DNA from: Thermoanaerobaculia bacterium | Lineage (GTDB): Bacteria; Acidobacteriota; Thermoanaerobaculia; Multivoradales; Multivoraceae | DNA: 43,315 nucleotides | Direction of reading: 5' to 3' | Assembly (NCBI GenBank): GCA_028285365.1 | Contig: JANQPS010000158.1 | Location: 1-43,315, forward strand | Part shown: positions 16,664-26,543 of the stretch, piece by piece | Position numbering within the stretch: the stretch's first letter is position 1 | Layout of the letters: every line of letters begins with the position of its first letter | Notes under the pieces: model-generated | Databases searched by the model: none | Told to the model about the DNA's origin: nothing | The model's input: only the letters and a program-made list of their open reading frames with translations | Made by a program: the position numbers and the translations under genes

Positions 16664-18550
16664 ATGGGCGCCTTGGCATCCAACCCCGATCTCGTGCGCG
16701 AGACACGAACGACCGACGAAGGCCGCGAGCTCGAGATCTGGCGCGACAACAGCTTCGACGGCACGGTGGCGACGATGTTTTGGAGCCGCGTCGAGAAGTA
16801 CGGTGAGCGCACCGCCATGCGGGAGAAAGACTTCGGCATCTGGCAGCACATCTCGTGGCGGGAGTTCGGAGAGAAGGCCCGCCACACGGGGCTCGCGCTG
16901 CGATCGCTCGGCTTCGCCAAGGGTGACGTCGCGTGCATCCTGTCCAACACCGTCACCGAGTGGATGTTTGCCGACATGGGTGTGTTGGGAATCGGAGGCG
17001 TGTGTGCCGGGATCTACCCCACCGACGCGGCCGAGCAGGTGGACTACCTGGTCAACGACTCGAGCTGCAAGGTGATGTTCGTCGAGGACGAGGAACAGCT
17101 CGACAAGGTGCTCGAAGTGCGCGCGCGCTGCCCCAGCCTGGAGCACATCGTCATCTTCGACATGGAGGGTCTGCGCGACTTCGAGGACCCGATGGCCATG
17201 AGCTTCGACGACCTGCTCACTCTGGGACGCGAGCAGGACGAGCTCCACCCCGAGGCCTGGGCCGAGTGCCTCCAGCTGGCGAAGCCCGAGGACCTGGCGA
17301 TCCTCGTCTACACCTCCGGCACCACCGGCCCGCCGAAGGGCGCCATGATCAGCCACCACAATCTCGTCTTTCAGTGCGTCAACGGCCCGCACGTGCTGTC
17401 ACAGGGGGAAGACGACGAGCGCATGGCCTTTCTGCCCCTGTGCCACATCGCCGAGCGGATCTTCGTGTACTACTCGCTCTACGCTGGTACGAAGCTCAAC
17501 TTCGTCGAGAATCCGGAGACGGTGCCGGAGAACGCCCAGGAGATCCAACCGACTCTGTTCTTCTCGGTGCCGCGCGTCTGGGAGAAGTTCTACTCGGCCA
17601 TCAGCATCGCGCTGTCCGACGCCACCTGGCTGCAGCGATGGGCGTACGACAAGGCGATCGGCCTCGGGTTCCAAAGAGCCGACAAACGGCTCGCGGGAGA
17701 GCCGACGAGCGCGGGACTGGAGCTCGCCTACCGCATCGGTAGCGCGCTCGTGCTGCGCAACATCCGCAAGTTCATAGGCATCGACCGATGCCGCTGGATC
17801 GGCACCGGCGCCGCGCCGATCTCTCCCGATCTGATCCGCTGGTACCTGGCGCTCGGCATCGACATGGTCGAGGGGTATGGCCAGACCGAGAACACGGGCA
17901 TCGCCACCATGCTCGAGCCGGGCGAGATCAGGCCCGGTACCGTCGGCCGCGCCGTGCCGTGGGGCGAGGTGAAGATCTCCGAAGAGGGCGAGATCCTCAT
18001 TCGCGGAGAGCACGTCTTCATGGGCTATCTCAACCAGCCCGAGAAGACGGCCGAGACGGTTCGCGACGGGTGGCTTCACACCGGCGATGTCGGCGAGATC
18101 GATGACGAAGGCTTCCTCAGGATCACCGACAGAATGAAGGACATCATCATCACGGCCGGCGGCAAGAACATCACCCCGAGCGAGATCGAGAACCAGCTCA
18201 AGTTCTCGCCGTACATCGCCGACGCCGTGGTGATCGGCGACAAGCGCAAGTTCCTGAGCTGCCTCGTGATGATCGATCACGACAACGTCGTCAAGTACGC
18301 TCAGGACAACCACGTGCCGTTCACCAACTACCAGAGCCTGTGCGCCGCCGAGCAGGTCATCGAGCTCATCGACGAGCAGGTGCAGGCCGTCAACGCCAAG
18401 TTCGCGCGCGTCGAGCAGGTCAAGAAGTTCCGCCTCATCGACCAGGAGCTCACCCCCGAAGACGACGAGCTCACGCCGACGATGAAGCTCAAGCGCAAGT
18501 TCGTGAACGAGAAGTACGCGCCGCTGATCGACTCGATGTACGGAGGCTAG
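16664..18550 (+). CDS. Long-chain fatty-acid--CoA ligase
   Basis: YTSGTTGPPKG, FLPLCHIAER, GYGQTE, GWLHTGD, DRMKDIIITAGGKNI, ELTPTMKLKR. Confidence 0.92.
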   Translation: MGALASNPDLVRETRTTDEGRELEIWRDNSFDGTVATMFWSRVEKYGERTAMREKDFGIWQHISWREFGEKARHTGLALRSLGFAKGDVACILSNTVTEWMFADMGVLGIGGVCAGIYPTDAAEQVDYLVNDSSCKVMFVEDEEQLDKVLEVRARCPSLEHIVIFDMEGLRDFEDPMAMSFDDLLTLGREQDELHPEAWAECLQLAKPEDLAILVYTSGTTGPPKGAMISHHNLVFQCVNGPHVLSQGEDDERMAFLPLCHIAERIFVYYSLYAGTKLNFVENPETVPENAQEIQPTLFFSVPRVWEKFYSAISIALSDATWLQRWAYDKAIGLGFQRADKRLAGEPTSAGLELAYRIGSALVLRNIRKFIGIDRCRWIGTGAAPISPDLIRWYLALGIDMVEGYGQTENTGIATMLEPGEIRPGTVGRAVPWGEVKISEEGEILIRGEHVFMGYLNQPEKTAETVRDGWLHTGDVGEIDDEGFLRITDRMKDIIITAGGKNITPSEIENQLKFSPYIADAVVIGDKRKFLSCLVMIDHDNVVKYAQDNHVPFTNYQSLCAAEQVIELIDEQVQAVNAKFARVEQVKKFRLIDQELTPEDDELTPTMKLKRKFVNEKYAPLIDSMYGG

Positions 18551-18554
18551 TGCC

Positions 18555-19736
18555 ATGACCTATCGATACCGTTCTCTCATCGTCCCCGCCGTGCTGCTGT
18601 GCGTGCTCCTCGCAGGATGCGGAGGCTCCGGCGATCCCGAAGCCTCTGGCGCGGCCGAGGAAATCGTGCTCGGCGCCTACAGCGACCTGTCCGGCCCGGC
18701 CGCCGCCATCGGTGTCGGTGCCACCAACGCGGCGCGTCTGCTGTTCGATCGCGTCAACGAGGAGGGTGGCATCCACGGCCGTCAGATCCGCTACGTCGTC
18801 GAGGACGGTCAATACCAGGTACCGCGCGCCGTCCAGGCGGCCAACAAGCTGATCAACCGCGACAAGATCTTCGCCATGGTCGGCTCCCTCGGTACCCCGA
18901 TGAACAACGCCGTCATGAGCACTCAATTCCAAGCGGGCATTCCCAACATCTTTCCGCTCTCGGGCGCCCGCTCCATGGCGGAGCCTCTTCACCCGCTGAA
19001 GTTCGCCGGTATCTCCACCTACTACGGTCAGACGCGCTCTGCCATCAAGTACTTCATCGAGGAGAAGGGCAAGGAGCGCATCTGCACCATGACCCAGGAC
19101 ACCGACTACGGAACGGAGCTGACCGACGCTGCGAACGATCAGCTCGGCGAAATGGGGCGACAGGTCACCGAGTCGACTGCCCACAAGCCCCTCGATACCG
19201 ACTTCAGTGCTGCGATCCTCAAGCTGAGGGAAGCCGACTGCGACCTGATCGTTCTCGGCAGCATCATCACCGACACGATCCTGGCGATCTCGGCGGCGCG
19301 AGCAATCGACTGGGACGTCGACTTCGTTGGCCCGATCGCGGCGTTCGAGTCCGAAGTCGCGGAGGCGGAGGGCGGCGTGACCAACGGCTTCTACGCGATG
19401 ACGTCATTCGAGTTCCCCTACCCCGACCATCCCCGCCAGGAGGTTCGTGACTTCGTCGCCGCGTACCAGGAGCGCTACGGGCAGGATCCCAACACCGGCT
19501 CGCTCTTCGGCTGGCTCTTTGCCGACTTCACCATCCGTGCTCTGCGCGATGCGGGGCCCGACCTCACCGTCGACTCGCTGGTCGCCGCCATCGAGTCGAT
19601 CGACGACTACCAGGACATCTTCGGCGGCCCGGTCCTGACCTTCGGGCCCGACAAGCACATCGGCTCCGACGAGTCGTTCCTCGCGGTGGTCGAGGATGGA
19701 CGCTGGGTGCGTGTCACCGAGAACCTGTCCTACTGA
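18555..19736 (+). CDS. ABC substrate-binding lipoprotein (Liv/periplasmic binding protein type 1)
   Basis: Lipobox LAGC, DLSGP, NEEGGIHGRQI...EDGQY, GSLGTP. Confidence 0.9.
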   Translation: MTYRYRSLIVPAVLLCVLLAGCGGSGDPEASGAAEEIVLGAYSDLSGPAAAIGVGATNAARLLFDRVNEEGGIHGRQIRYVVEDGQYQVPRAVQAANKLINRDKIFAMVGSLGTPMNNAVMSTQFQAGIPNIFPLSGARSMAEPLHPLKFAGISTYYGQTRSAIKYFIEEKGKERICTMTQDTDYGTELTDAANDQLGEMGRQVTESTAHKPLDTDFSAAILKLREADCDLIVLGSIITDTILAISAARAIDWDVDFVGPIAAFESEVAEAEGGVTNGFYAMTSFEFPYPDHPRQEVRDFVAAYQERYGQDPNTGSLFGWLFADFTIRALRDAGPDLTVDSLVAAIESIDDYQDIFGGPVLTFGPDKHIGSDESFLAVVEDGRWVRVTENLSY

Positions 19737-19855
19737 CGAAGGGCCGCCGCGAGCCACCGCGGCAGTCCTTTCGGCCGCGCGAGCCGTGATCCTCAGCTGG
19801 CCGTGCTGCGCAGGGTCGGCGCCACGAGTTGCGCGCAGTTCTCGCTCAACGCGAG

Positions 19856-20917
19856 CTAGTTGCTGCCTGACGGTTTGGCCTTGATGAGATCTGCGTCGAC
19901 CCCGTAGTGGTCCGCCTCGGTGAGGCCGCGCTTGAGTCGGTCGATGCGCCCGCGAGCTGCCGTGACGGCCGGGTCGGGTTCGGCATCGACCAGGGTACTT
20001 GCCAGGAACCGGTAGGCCGCCTGAGTCCTAGGCCTCATGGTGCGTCCGACGTGGTCCGCGTCGTAGTAGAGACGATACTCGTGACGGATGCGCTGATCCC
20101 AGAGGACCTGGTGCAGGAACTCGGCGCCCTCGTAGAGCCAGAAGAGGTCGGCGTCGCCAGCTTCGAGGAAGATCTCGAGTCCGCTGCTGCGCAGCTTTTC
20201 GGCGTCACGCTGAGCGATGGTTGCCGGGTTGTTGGCGTTCCAGTAGTCGCGGTCGACTGGCTTGCCGTAGATCGACTCCATGAGCTGGTCACCACGCCAG
20301 AAGCGGTGTTTCGGTCGCATGTCGGCCCAGTCGTCGATCGGTGAGATGCCGGGCTCCATGCTTGCGACGGCGCCAAACTTCTCGGGGTACTTGAAGGCAA
20401 GGCGGAGGGAGCCCATGCCGCCCATCGAAATGCCGGTGACGAGGGTGCCGCGACGATCTGCTCGCACGTTGAACCGACCGCGCAGGTGTTCGAGGAAGGG
20501 ACCGATGATCAGGCTCTCCCACTTCTGCGAGCCATCGCGGTAGTCCATGTAGAAACATCGCGGTGTCACGCTGGGGGTGACGATGACCATGGGTGGGAGC
20601 TCCTCCGTCTCCCACATCTCCACGAAGATCGGCATCTGGCGCTTGAGTACGTCGCGACTGCCACCGCCGCCGTGGAGGTTCAGGACCAGTGGGAGTGGGT
20701 CGCTGCTCGAGGTGTAGCCTGGAGGGGTGAGTGCGTAGTACTCGACAGCCTCCGGGACGAGGTCGGACCTGAGCTCGCCCTCCAGGAGCTGCGCATCCTG
20801 GGCCCCAGCCACGCCCATGCCAAGCGTGAGGAGACCGACGGCGAAGAGCCCGACGTGGCGAAACCACCACGCTCGGACCAAGGATGGGTTCAGGTGGGCA
20901 GTGGTCGACGGACTCAT
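19856..20917 (-). CDS. Secreted alpha/beta-hydrolase esterase (antigen-85/FGH-like)
   Basis: Signal peptide, LHGGGG, GISMGG nucleophile elbow, GDAD, DH. GAGGAGG RBS. Confidence 0.85.
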   Translation of the reverse strand: MSPSTTAHLNPSLVRAWWFRHVGLFAVGLLTLGMGVAGAQDAQLLEGELRSDLVPEAVEYYALTPPGYTSSSDPLPLVLNLHGGGGSRDVLKRQMPIFVEMWETEELPPMVIVTPSVTPRCFYMDYRDGSQKWESLIIGPFLEHLRGRFNVRADRRGTLVTGISMGGMGSLRLAFKYPEKFGAVASMEPGISPIDDWADMRPKHRFWRGDQLMESIYGKPVDRDYWNANNPATIAQRDAEKLRSSGLEIFLEAGDADLFWLYEGAEFLHQVLWDQRIRHEYRLYYDADHVGRTMRPRTQAAYRFLASTLVDAEPDPAVTAARGRIDRLKRGLTEADHYGVDADLIKAKPSGSN

Positions 20918-20933
20918 CAGCTCTTCCTCCTCG

Positions 20934-21914
20934 TCAGGTGAGATAGCTCAGGCGCTCAGGCAGGTAGTCGTTGACGCAGCCAGAAACCGCCACGTTGTCC
21001 GCTTCGCCGACGACCACGCTGCCTCGGCGCCTCACGTCGTAGATGGGTACCGAATAGACGTATGTGTCTCGATAGACCCCCTCGATTCGGTCGCCCCCAG
21101 CGAGGGTCAGGGCAAAACGCCTTGCGGACGGCTGTTGCGACGGCGGCTCGATGTCGAATGCGTTGACGGAGTCGGCCTTCTCCGACCGAACGACGAAGCC
21201 GACCGCTCCCTGCTCGAGCTTGATGGCGACCGAGTGATAGCCCGGCCCGCGGAGCGTGGCGTAGCAGAACGGCGCCATCCAGCGCGGCGTGGAACGGACC
21301 TGCTCGTGGAAATGTCCTTGCCAGTCGACGAGATGCGAGACGCCGTCCATCTCGACGGTGCCACTCATCGAGCCGAGGACCTCGGTGCGACCGGACAGGG
21401 AGCTCACAGGCGCATGTGCGGGTCGAAACGTAGCGTCGAGCCGAATTGGTGTCGCACCAACTCCGTGCTCGGCGTGAGCCGAGCGATGAGCTCCGACCGA
21501 GCCACTGATTCTGCAGACTTCCGGAGCGTCTCGGGGCCCCGTTCGTGTCAAGCGGAGTCGCGTGTCGCCCCGCGTTGCTGTGTACGCAACGTCGGTCTCG
21601 TCGAGGTGGGTTTGCTGCTCGCTGCAGGGCATCTCCTGGCTGGTGAACGCGAGCGTCTTCCCACCCTGGAAGGCATGGACCCATGCCCAGGACACATTGA
21701 TCGACGGATAGCGGGCGATTCGGCAGATGAAGCCGAGATCACCGTCTGGACTGATGGCGTCGGCATAGACCGACTCGCTGTGGATCTCGCGGCCCTTGAC
21801 GTCTCCCGCGAGCTCGAGGTTTGGTGCGTGCGCTGGCGGCGCGTCGTCGGTTCGGCGCGCGCAGGCTGCTGCCATCAGCGTGCCGCCGATGACGGTTCGC
21901 CTCGTCAGGGTCAC
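20934..21914 (-). CDS. Hypothetical Tat-exported lipoprotein, beta-rich
   Basis: GAGGAG RBS, GTG start, TRRTVIGG twin-arginine-like motif then AAAC. Stops 16 bp upstream of the esterase start. Confidence 0.65.
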   Translation of the reverse strand: MTLTRRTVIGGTLMAAACARRTDDAPPAHAPNLELAGDVKGREIHSESVYADAISPDGDLGFICRIARYPSINVSWAWVHAFQGGKTLAFTSQEMPCSEQQTHLDETDVAYTATRGDTRLRLTRTGPRDAPEVCRISGSVGAHRSAHAEHGVGATPIRLDATFRPAHAPVSSLSGRTEVLGSMSGTVEMDGVSHLVDWQGHFHEQVRSTPRWMAPFCYATLRGPGYHSVAIKLEQGAVGFVVRSEKADSVNAFDIEPPSQQPSARRFALTLAGGDRIEGVYRDTYVYSVPIYDVRRRGSVVVGEADNVAVSGCVNDYLPERLSYLT

Positions 21915-22138
21915 TTGGTTACTCCTCGTGGCTGTTCATGGTCCCAGAGCTCGTCTCCATCTTGTCACCAACAGGCCGGTGCCCCGAGGCGCTCTTGGCA
22001 ACCTCTGTCGACGGCCCTCATCGAGGGTCGTGAGAGCCGTCTTCTAAGATGGTGAGAATCGGCACCGCAAGCACTCCCCAAACCAGATCGCTGACCCGGT
22101 CGAAGAAAGTCCCGAGCAGCAAGAATTGCAGGCAATAG

Positions 22139-22176
22139 CAGGCAGTAACAGCGAATACAGGCAGTAACAGCGAATA
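22139..22176. repeat. Perfect 19-bp tandem duplication CAGGCAGTAACAGCGAATA
   Basis: Copies at 22139-22157 and 22158-22176, just before the GGAG RBS of the dienelactone hydrolase. Confidence 0.9.
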
Positions 22177-22191
22177 ACTGTGGAGAGAACG

Positions 22192-23067
22192 ATGTGTGAC
22201 GACCTGACTCAGAGAGACGTAGATCGCTTCCTTGCTAGCCGCGGAGTGTCGCGTCGAGACTTCGGCAAGGTCTCTGCAGCGGCGGGACTCGTCATGATGC
22301 TGCCTCCGGTCGCCAACGCTCAGGAGACCACCGAGACAGACGTCGAGATCACGACGCCGGACGGAGTCGCTGACTGCTACTTCGTTCATCCCTCGAGTGG
22401 GAAGCATCCGGCAGTCCTGATCTGGCCCGACATTCTCGGGCTGCGTCCTGCTTTCCGGGCCATGGGCAAGCGGTTGGCCGAGTCGGGCTACTCCGTGCTC
22501 GTCATCAACCAGTTCTATCGGGACGCAAAGTCGCCGGTCGTGGGCGAAGGCGCGAGTTTCAGTCAGCCGGAGACTCGCGCCATCGTCATGCCGATGAGAG
22601 CCAACTTGAGCGCCGACACCAATGTCACCGACGCTTCGGCGTGTATCGACTTCCTCAAGAAGCAGACCGCCGTCGACACGAACCGCAAGATGGGCACGAC
22701 TGGCTACTGCATGGGGGGTCCCATGGTGATGCGCACCGTCGCCGTCGACGCTGACTGGCTAGGAGCCGGTGCGACCTTCCACGGTGGCGGCATGGCCACG
22801 AACGCCGAGGACAGCCCCCATCTCCTCATTCCCAAGACCAAGGCGCACATGCTGCACTGTGTGGCCGAGAACGACGACGAGCGCAATCCGGAAGCCAAGA
22901 ACATTCTTCGTGCCGCATACGAAGAAGCAGGGATTCCAGCCGAGATCGAAGTCTACGAGGGCACTCTGCACGGGTGGTGTCCGCCGGATTCGCAGGTCTA
23001 CAACGAGGCTCAGGCCGAGCGCGCGTGGAGTCGCATGCTGGCGTTGTTCGAGCGGGCGCTGGTTTGA
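22192..23067 (+). CDS. Dienelactone hydrolase family protein (Tat signal)
   Basis: SRRDF, WPDILGLRP, GYCMGG, AENDD, HGW. Confidence 0.9.
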   Translation: MCDDLTQRDVDRFLASRGVSRRDFGKVSAAAGLVMMLPPVANAQETTETDVEITTPDGVADCYFVHPSSGKHPAVLIWPDILGLRPAFRAMGKRLAESGYSVLVINQFYRDAKSPVVGEGASFSQPETRAIVMPMRANLSADTNVTDASACIDFLKKQTAVDTNRKMGTTGYCMGGPMVMRTVAVDADWLGAGATFHGGGMATNAEDSPHLLIPKTKAHMLHCVAENDDERNPEAKNILRAAYEEAGIPAEIEVYEGTLHGWCPPDSQVYNEAQAERAWSRMLALFERALV

Positions 23068-23086
23068 CGTCTCGGGAGGCTTCGGC

Positions 23087-24481
23087 CTAGTCGAACCGGA
23101 CGAGATCGTCGAGGTCGTTCCTCTCGAAGGCTCGACCTCGAACGACCACCGCCTCGATGGCCCGGGTCTTCGTGATGTCTACAAGAGGATTCGCCCGTAA
23201 GAGCACGAGGTCGGCGACCATACCCGCCTCGATGCGGCCGGAGTCGGAGCGTCCGAGGAAAGCCGCTGGTGCGGTCGTTGCGGCTGCCAGGGCGCTGCCC
23301 GGCGATATCCCGGCCGTGACCAGCTCCTCGAGCTCGTCGTGTTGCGAGGTGCCGGCGACGATGACGGGGATGCCGACGTCGGTGCCCGCCAGGAGTGCAA
23401 CACCCGCGGCGTCGAAAGCCTTCGTCAGCTCTTGCAGGAACGGGAACGTCCGGCTCACTCCGGCCAGGAATCGAGGCAGGTTGGGGCGACTCAGATAGTC
23501 GTTTCGGTCGCGCTGCCAGAACCGTGTCATCGAGGCGGGCATCAGGGCGACCTCGGGCCTGGCCAGGCTTCGATCGAGATCTTCGAGCTGGAGAACGATG
23601 TTGTGGTACGCCGTCAGATTGGGGGTCACGAACAGCTTGGCCTCCGCGACCCGCTCCGCGAGGGGCGCGATCAGCTCGGAGTCGAGGAGCGCATCCAATC
23701 GAGGGCCGATCTCGTTTGGAAGATCGGCCGGGCGCGAGCTGCGCTGGGGCCAGGTGAAGTAGCCGTAGACGACTTCCTCCATGTGCGCGAGGTGCTGACC
23801 GGCTTCGATGACGCCATCGAGACCGACTGACCTCACGGCGTGGCCGATGACCGGGACGTCGCGCTCGCGGGCAGCCTGGATGATGGACAGATAGGCCGGC
23901 CCCGGAATTCCGTTGTAGACCTTGATCAGGTCGTAGCCGGCCTCGATCTGGTCCAAGGCGACGGTCCGGCCGTCTTCGGCGGTCATCCCCTCGTGTCCTC
24001 GGATGATGGGGCCGCTGGTCACCACCTTGGGCCCGAGTCGTTCGCCCCGGTCGATTTCGTCTCGCAGTCTCAGAACCGAGCTGCCGCCGTCGAGGTTGAT
24101 CACGGTGGTCACGCCGTGTGCGAGGAAGAGAGGCAGGAGACGGTCGAGATCGGAACGGGACCGCTTGATGTGGACATGAGCGTCGGTGAGACCGGCGATG
24201 GCAAAAAGCTCGGAACCGTCGATGGTCTGAGCCCGTCTCGGACGCTTGACGGTGTCGCTCGGCCCGACCGATTCGATCCTGCCGTCGCGGACGACGATCG
24301 TCTGGTCGGCTGTCGAACGAGGGTCTCCATCGACGGAGATCACGGTGACGTCGGTGATGACGAGGGGACGTTGGGCTCCCGCCAACGAGGCAACGAACAT
24401 GAGGACGATTGCTGCCCAGCGTCTTCCGACGATCTCGGATCCCTTGCTGACGGTAGGGTCGGCTTGCGGCGAAGTCCTCAT
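23087..24481 (-). CDS. Amidohydrolase family protein (secreted)
   Basis: GLTDAHVH, IKVY, GH, HMEE, AGTD, GRIEAG..ADLVLL.ANPL.DI. Confidence 0.9.
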   Translation of the reverse strand: MRTSPQADPTVSKGSEIVGRRWAAIVLMFVASLAGAQRPLVITDVTVISVDGDPRSTADQTIVVRDGRIESVGPSDTVKRPRRAQTIDGSELFAIAGLTDAHVHIKRSRSDLDRLLPLFLAHGVTTVINLDGGSSVLRLRDEIDRGERLGPKVVTSGPIIRGHEGMTAEDGRTVALDQIEAGYDLIKVYNGIPGPAYLSIIQAARERDVPVIGHAVRSVGLDGVIEAGQHLAHMEEVVYGYFTWPQRSSRPADLPNEIGPRLDALLDSELIAPLAERVAEAKLFVTPNLTAYHNIVLQLEDLDRSLARPEVALMPASMTRFWQRDRNDYLSRPNLPRFLAGVSRTFPFLQELTKAFDAAGVALLAGTDVGIPVIVAGTSQHDELEELVTAGISPGSALAAATTAPAAFLGRSDSGRIEAGMVADLVLLRANPLVDITKTRAIEAVVVRGRAFERNDLDDLVRFD

Positions 24482-25293
24482 CGGAGGTCGCCAGCATCGA
24501 GGCGTAGCTCGACGTTGCCGACTTCCACGTCGACCTCGAGAATTGTCTCCCCTCTACCCTCGACCTCGATTCGAGCTCCAGGGCCTGGTGGCTGACGCCG
24601 CTTGATCCGCCGGCCGTCGATCCACAGCCGAGCTTCACCGACACGAGAGCGCAGATCCACCAGGTGCCAAGTGTCGACCGCGCTCCTCACCTCGATGGTT
24701 CCGACCTGGAGGCGAAGATCGAGGTCTCCTCTCGGCACATCGATTTTCGCCTTACCGTGTCCTTGTCTGAGCCGAATGCCTCCGTAAACCTCGGACACCA
24801 CAGTCGTCGCGGAGTTGGCCTCGAGCTCTAGAAACACTCGAGGTGGTAGCTCGAGGAACCAGTCTTCTTTCGTGCGTGACGCGCGGCTCTTACCAAGAGG
24901 CAGCAGGCGAAGGGTCGCTTGGCCAGCCGATACGCTCTCCGAAATGGAGATGGCTCCTGCAAGGTCGTCGGCGCGCTCCAGCCGCGAGGTCAAGAACCAG
25001 CCGAGCGGACGTCTCTCCTTGTCTGACGAACCCTCGACGGTGACCTCGACTCGTGCCCGGATCGTGTCGTCCGATGACGGCGAGACCGTGATGGACCCGT
25101 CGCCGGCCCGCAAGGTCAGTCGATCGATCCCTTCAGCCGGAGTCTCGGACTCCAGAGTTCGACGATTCGACGAGTCGGCACCCAGGGTGGGATGCGACAG
25201 AAGGGTCAGGAACAGGGCGATCACGCAGCAAGCCGTGACGGTTGAACTGCTGCACGGCCTCGAGTCTCCGACGCGGTGGCGCTTGGCTGTCAT
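24478..25293 (-). CDS. Secreted hypothetical protein, DUF4097 (Toastrack)-like beta-solenoid
   Basis: AGGAGG RBS with ATG 25293, signal peptide, repeated G.I.V beta strands. Context next to PadR and HAAS genes. Confidence 0.6.
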   Translation of the reverse strand: MTAKRHRVGDSRPCSSSTVTACCVIALFLTLLSHPTLGADSSNRRTLESETPAEGIDRLTLRAGDGSITVSPSSDDTIRARVEVTVEGSSDKERRPLGWFLTSRLERADDLAGAISISESVSAGQATLRLLPLGKSRASRTKEDWFLELPPRVFLELEANSATTVVSEVYGGIRLRQGHGKAKIDVPRGDLDLRLQVGTIEVRSAVDTWHLVDLRSRVGEARLWIDGRRIKRRQPPGPGARIEVEGRGETILEVDVEVGNVELRLDAGDLR

Positions 25294-26012
25294 GTGATCC
25301 CTCCTGATTCGCTCCCCCGGGAGGATGGTCCGTTGGATCCGGACGTTGGGAAGTGCGCGACGTTGGAGTGCGTGGTCTTGGAAAAGGACTCGGTCGACTT
25401 GGGAATGGAGGCCCGCTCCTGACGGGCCAGCAGGCGATGGGCGAGGCGACGGTGAACACCCCGCCACCGTAAGAGCTGCAAGCCGAGCGTCGCGAGCGCT
25501 CCGCCGGCGAGCAGCACTACGAGCTGAGGCAGTCCGGGGCGGAGAGTCGGTTCGAGAAGATGGCTGGGGACCAGAGGGAGCACGAAGGCCGCGACGCTCG
25601 CCACGAGTCCCGTGGCGAGCGCGGCGAGGCCGACGATCGTCAAAATCGCGGTGACGACCGAGCCCGAGAGAGCGACGAGCGCGCGACGACTGAAGGCGCG
25701 CGCCCGAGTCCAGGACGAAGGTCGGCCTTCGGCGAGATCCATCCGCAGTGCTGCACCGTAGGCGTCAGCCAGTTCGTCTGCGGAGCCAAGGCCACCGAGG
25801 ACCTCGGCGGTCGTTCGACCCGCCTGTTTGGCGTCGGCCACGTGACGCTCGATCTCACCCACGATCTCGACGATTTCGGTTGGCGAGATCTCCCACGACT
25901 GAAGCTCCTTGCGGAGGCCCGTCAGGTAGCGGTCCAGCAGGGGCTCATGTCCTGTGAAGCCCATGGTCCGCGAGGCGTGTTGGAGCGAGCTGAGCTCGTG
26001 ACGCGCGCTCAT
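25290..26012 (-). CDS. HAAS/DUF1700-type membrane protein
   Basis: LDRYL..LRKEL....EIV.EI..H..DA...G....EVL..LGS..ELA followed by TM helices. ATG 26012 overlaps the PadR stop. Confidence 0.8.
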   Translation of the reverse strand: MSARHELSSLQHASRTMGFTGHEPLLDRYLTGLRKELQSWEISPTEIVEIVGEIERHVADAKQAGRTTAEVLGGLGSADELADAYGAALRMDLAEGRPSSWTRARAFSRRALVALSGSVVTAILTIVGLAALATGLVASVAAFVLPLVPSHLLEPTLRPGLPQLVVLLAGGALATLGLQLLRWRGVHRRLAHRLLARQERASIPKSTESFSKTTHSNVAHFPTSGSNGPSSRGSESGGIT

Positions 26013-26428
26013 CCTGCAGCCCCCGCGGCCTCGGCGGTTTTCTTTTTGTTCTCGGCAGCGGTCTTCTCGTGAGAGGTCGGCGACGACGTGGCGGTGAGTG
26101 CATCGACAGCACTGCTGATCTCGCGCCACTCTTCGCGCAAGTCGACGAGGTGCTTTTGGCCACGACGCGACAGACGGTAGTACTGGCGGGGTGGGCCCGA
26201 GACCGACTCCTGCCAATAGGTGGTGAGGTGGCCGAGCCTCTTCAGGCGGCGAAGGAGCGGGTAGACGGTGCCTTCGCTCACCGCGAAGACCGGCTGTCCG
26301 GCGAGCCGCATGACGATCTCGTAGCCGTAGGAGGCTTCCTCTTCGAGGAGTCCCAGGATACAGAGCTCGAGAAGACCTCGGCGCATTTGCGAGCTCCAGC
26401 TGTCTCGGTTGGATCTCTCGGTCGTCAT
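26009..26428 (-). CDS. PadR family transcriptional regulator
   Basis: SQMRRGLLELCILGLL..SYGYEI...EGTVYPLL.RL...WQES.SGPPRQYYRLS..G. Start at ATG 26428. Confidence 0.93.
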   Translation of the reverse strand: MTTERSNRDSWSSQMRRGLLELCILGLLEEEASYGYEIVMRLAGQPVFAVSEGTVYPLLRRLKRLGHLTTYWQESVSGPPRQYYRLSRRGQKHLVDLREEWREISSAVDALTATSSPTSHEKTAAENKKKTAEAAGAAG

Positions 26429-26447
26429 CGCTACAGTGTAGTGCAAG

Positions 26448-26468
26448 GTACCTGGCAGTGGCAAGTAC
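26448..26468. promoter_or_regulatory. Putative PadR operator GTACCTG-N7-CAAGTAC
   Basis: Imperfect inverted repeat (6/7 arm match) 20-40 bp upstream of the padR start. Confidence 0.6.
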
Positions 26469-26543
26469 TGTGTCGACGTGAGTAGCGCTGGGGCTAGATC
26501 CTGACCAGACCCTGGCCCACTTAGAAAGGGCAGGCCGCACCGG

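Noticed and set aside
23010-24644. 544-aa minus-strand ORF overlapping the amidohydrolase
   Set aside because: Arg/Pro-rich alternative frame typical of high-GC DNA. The overlapping frame carries the clear family motifs.
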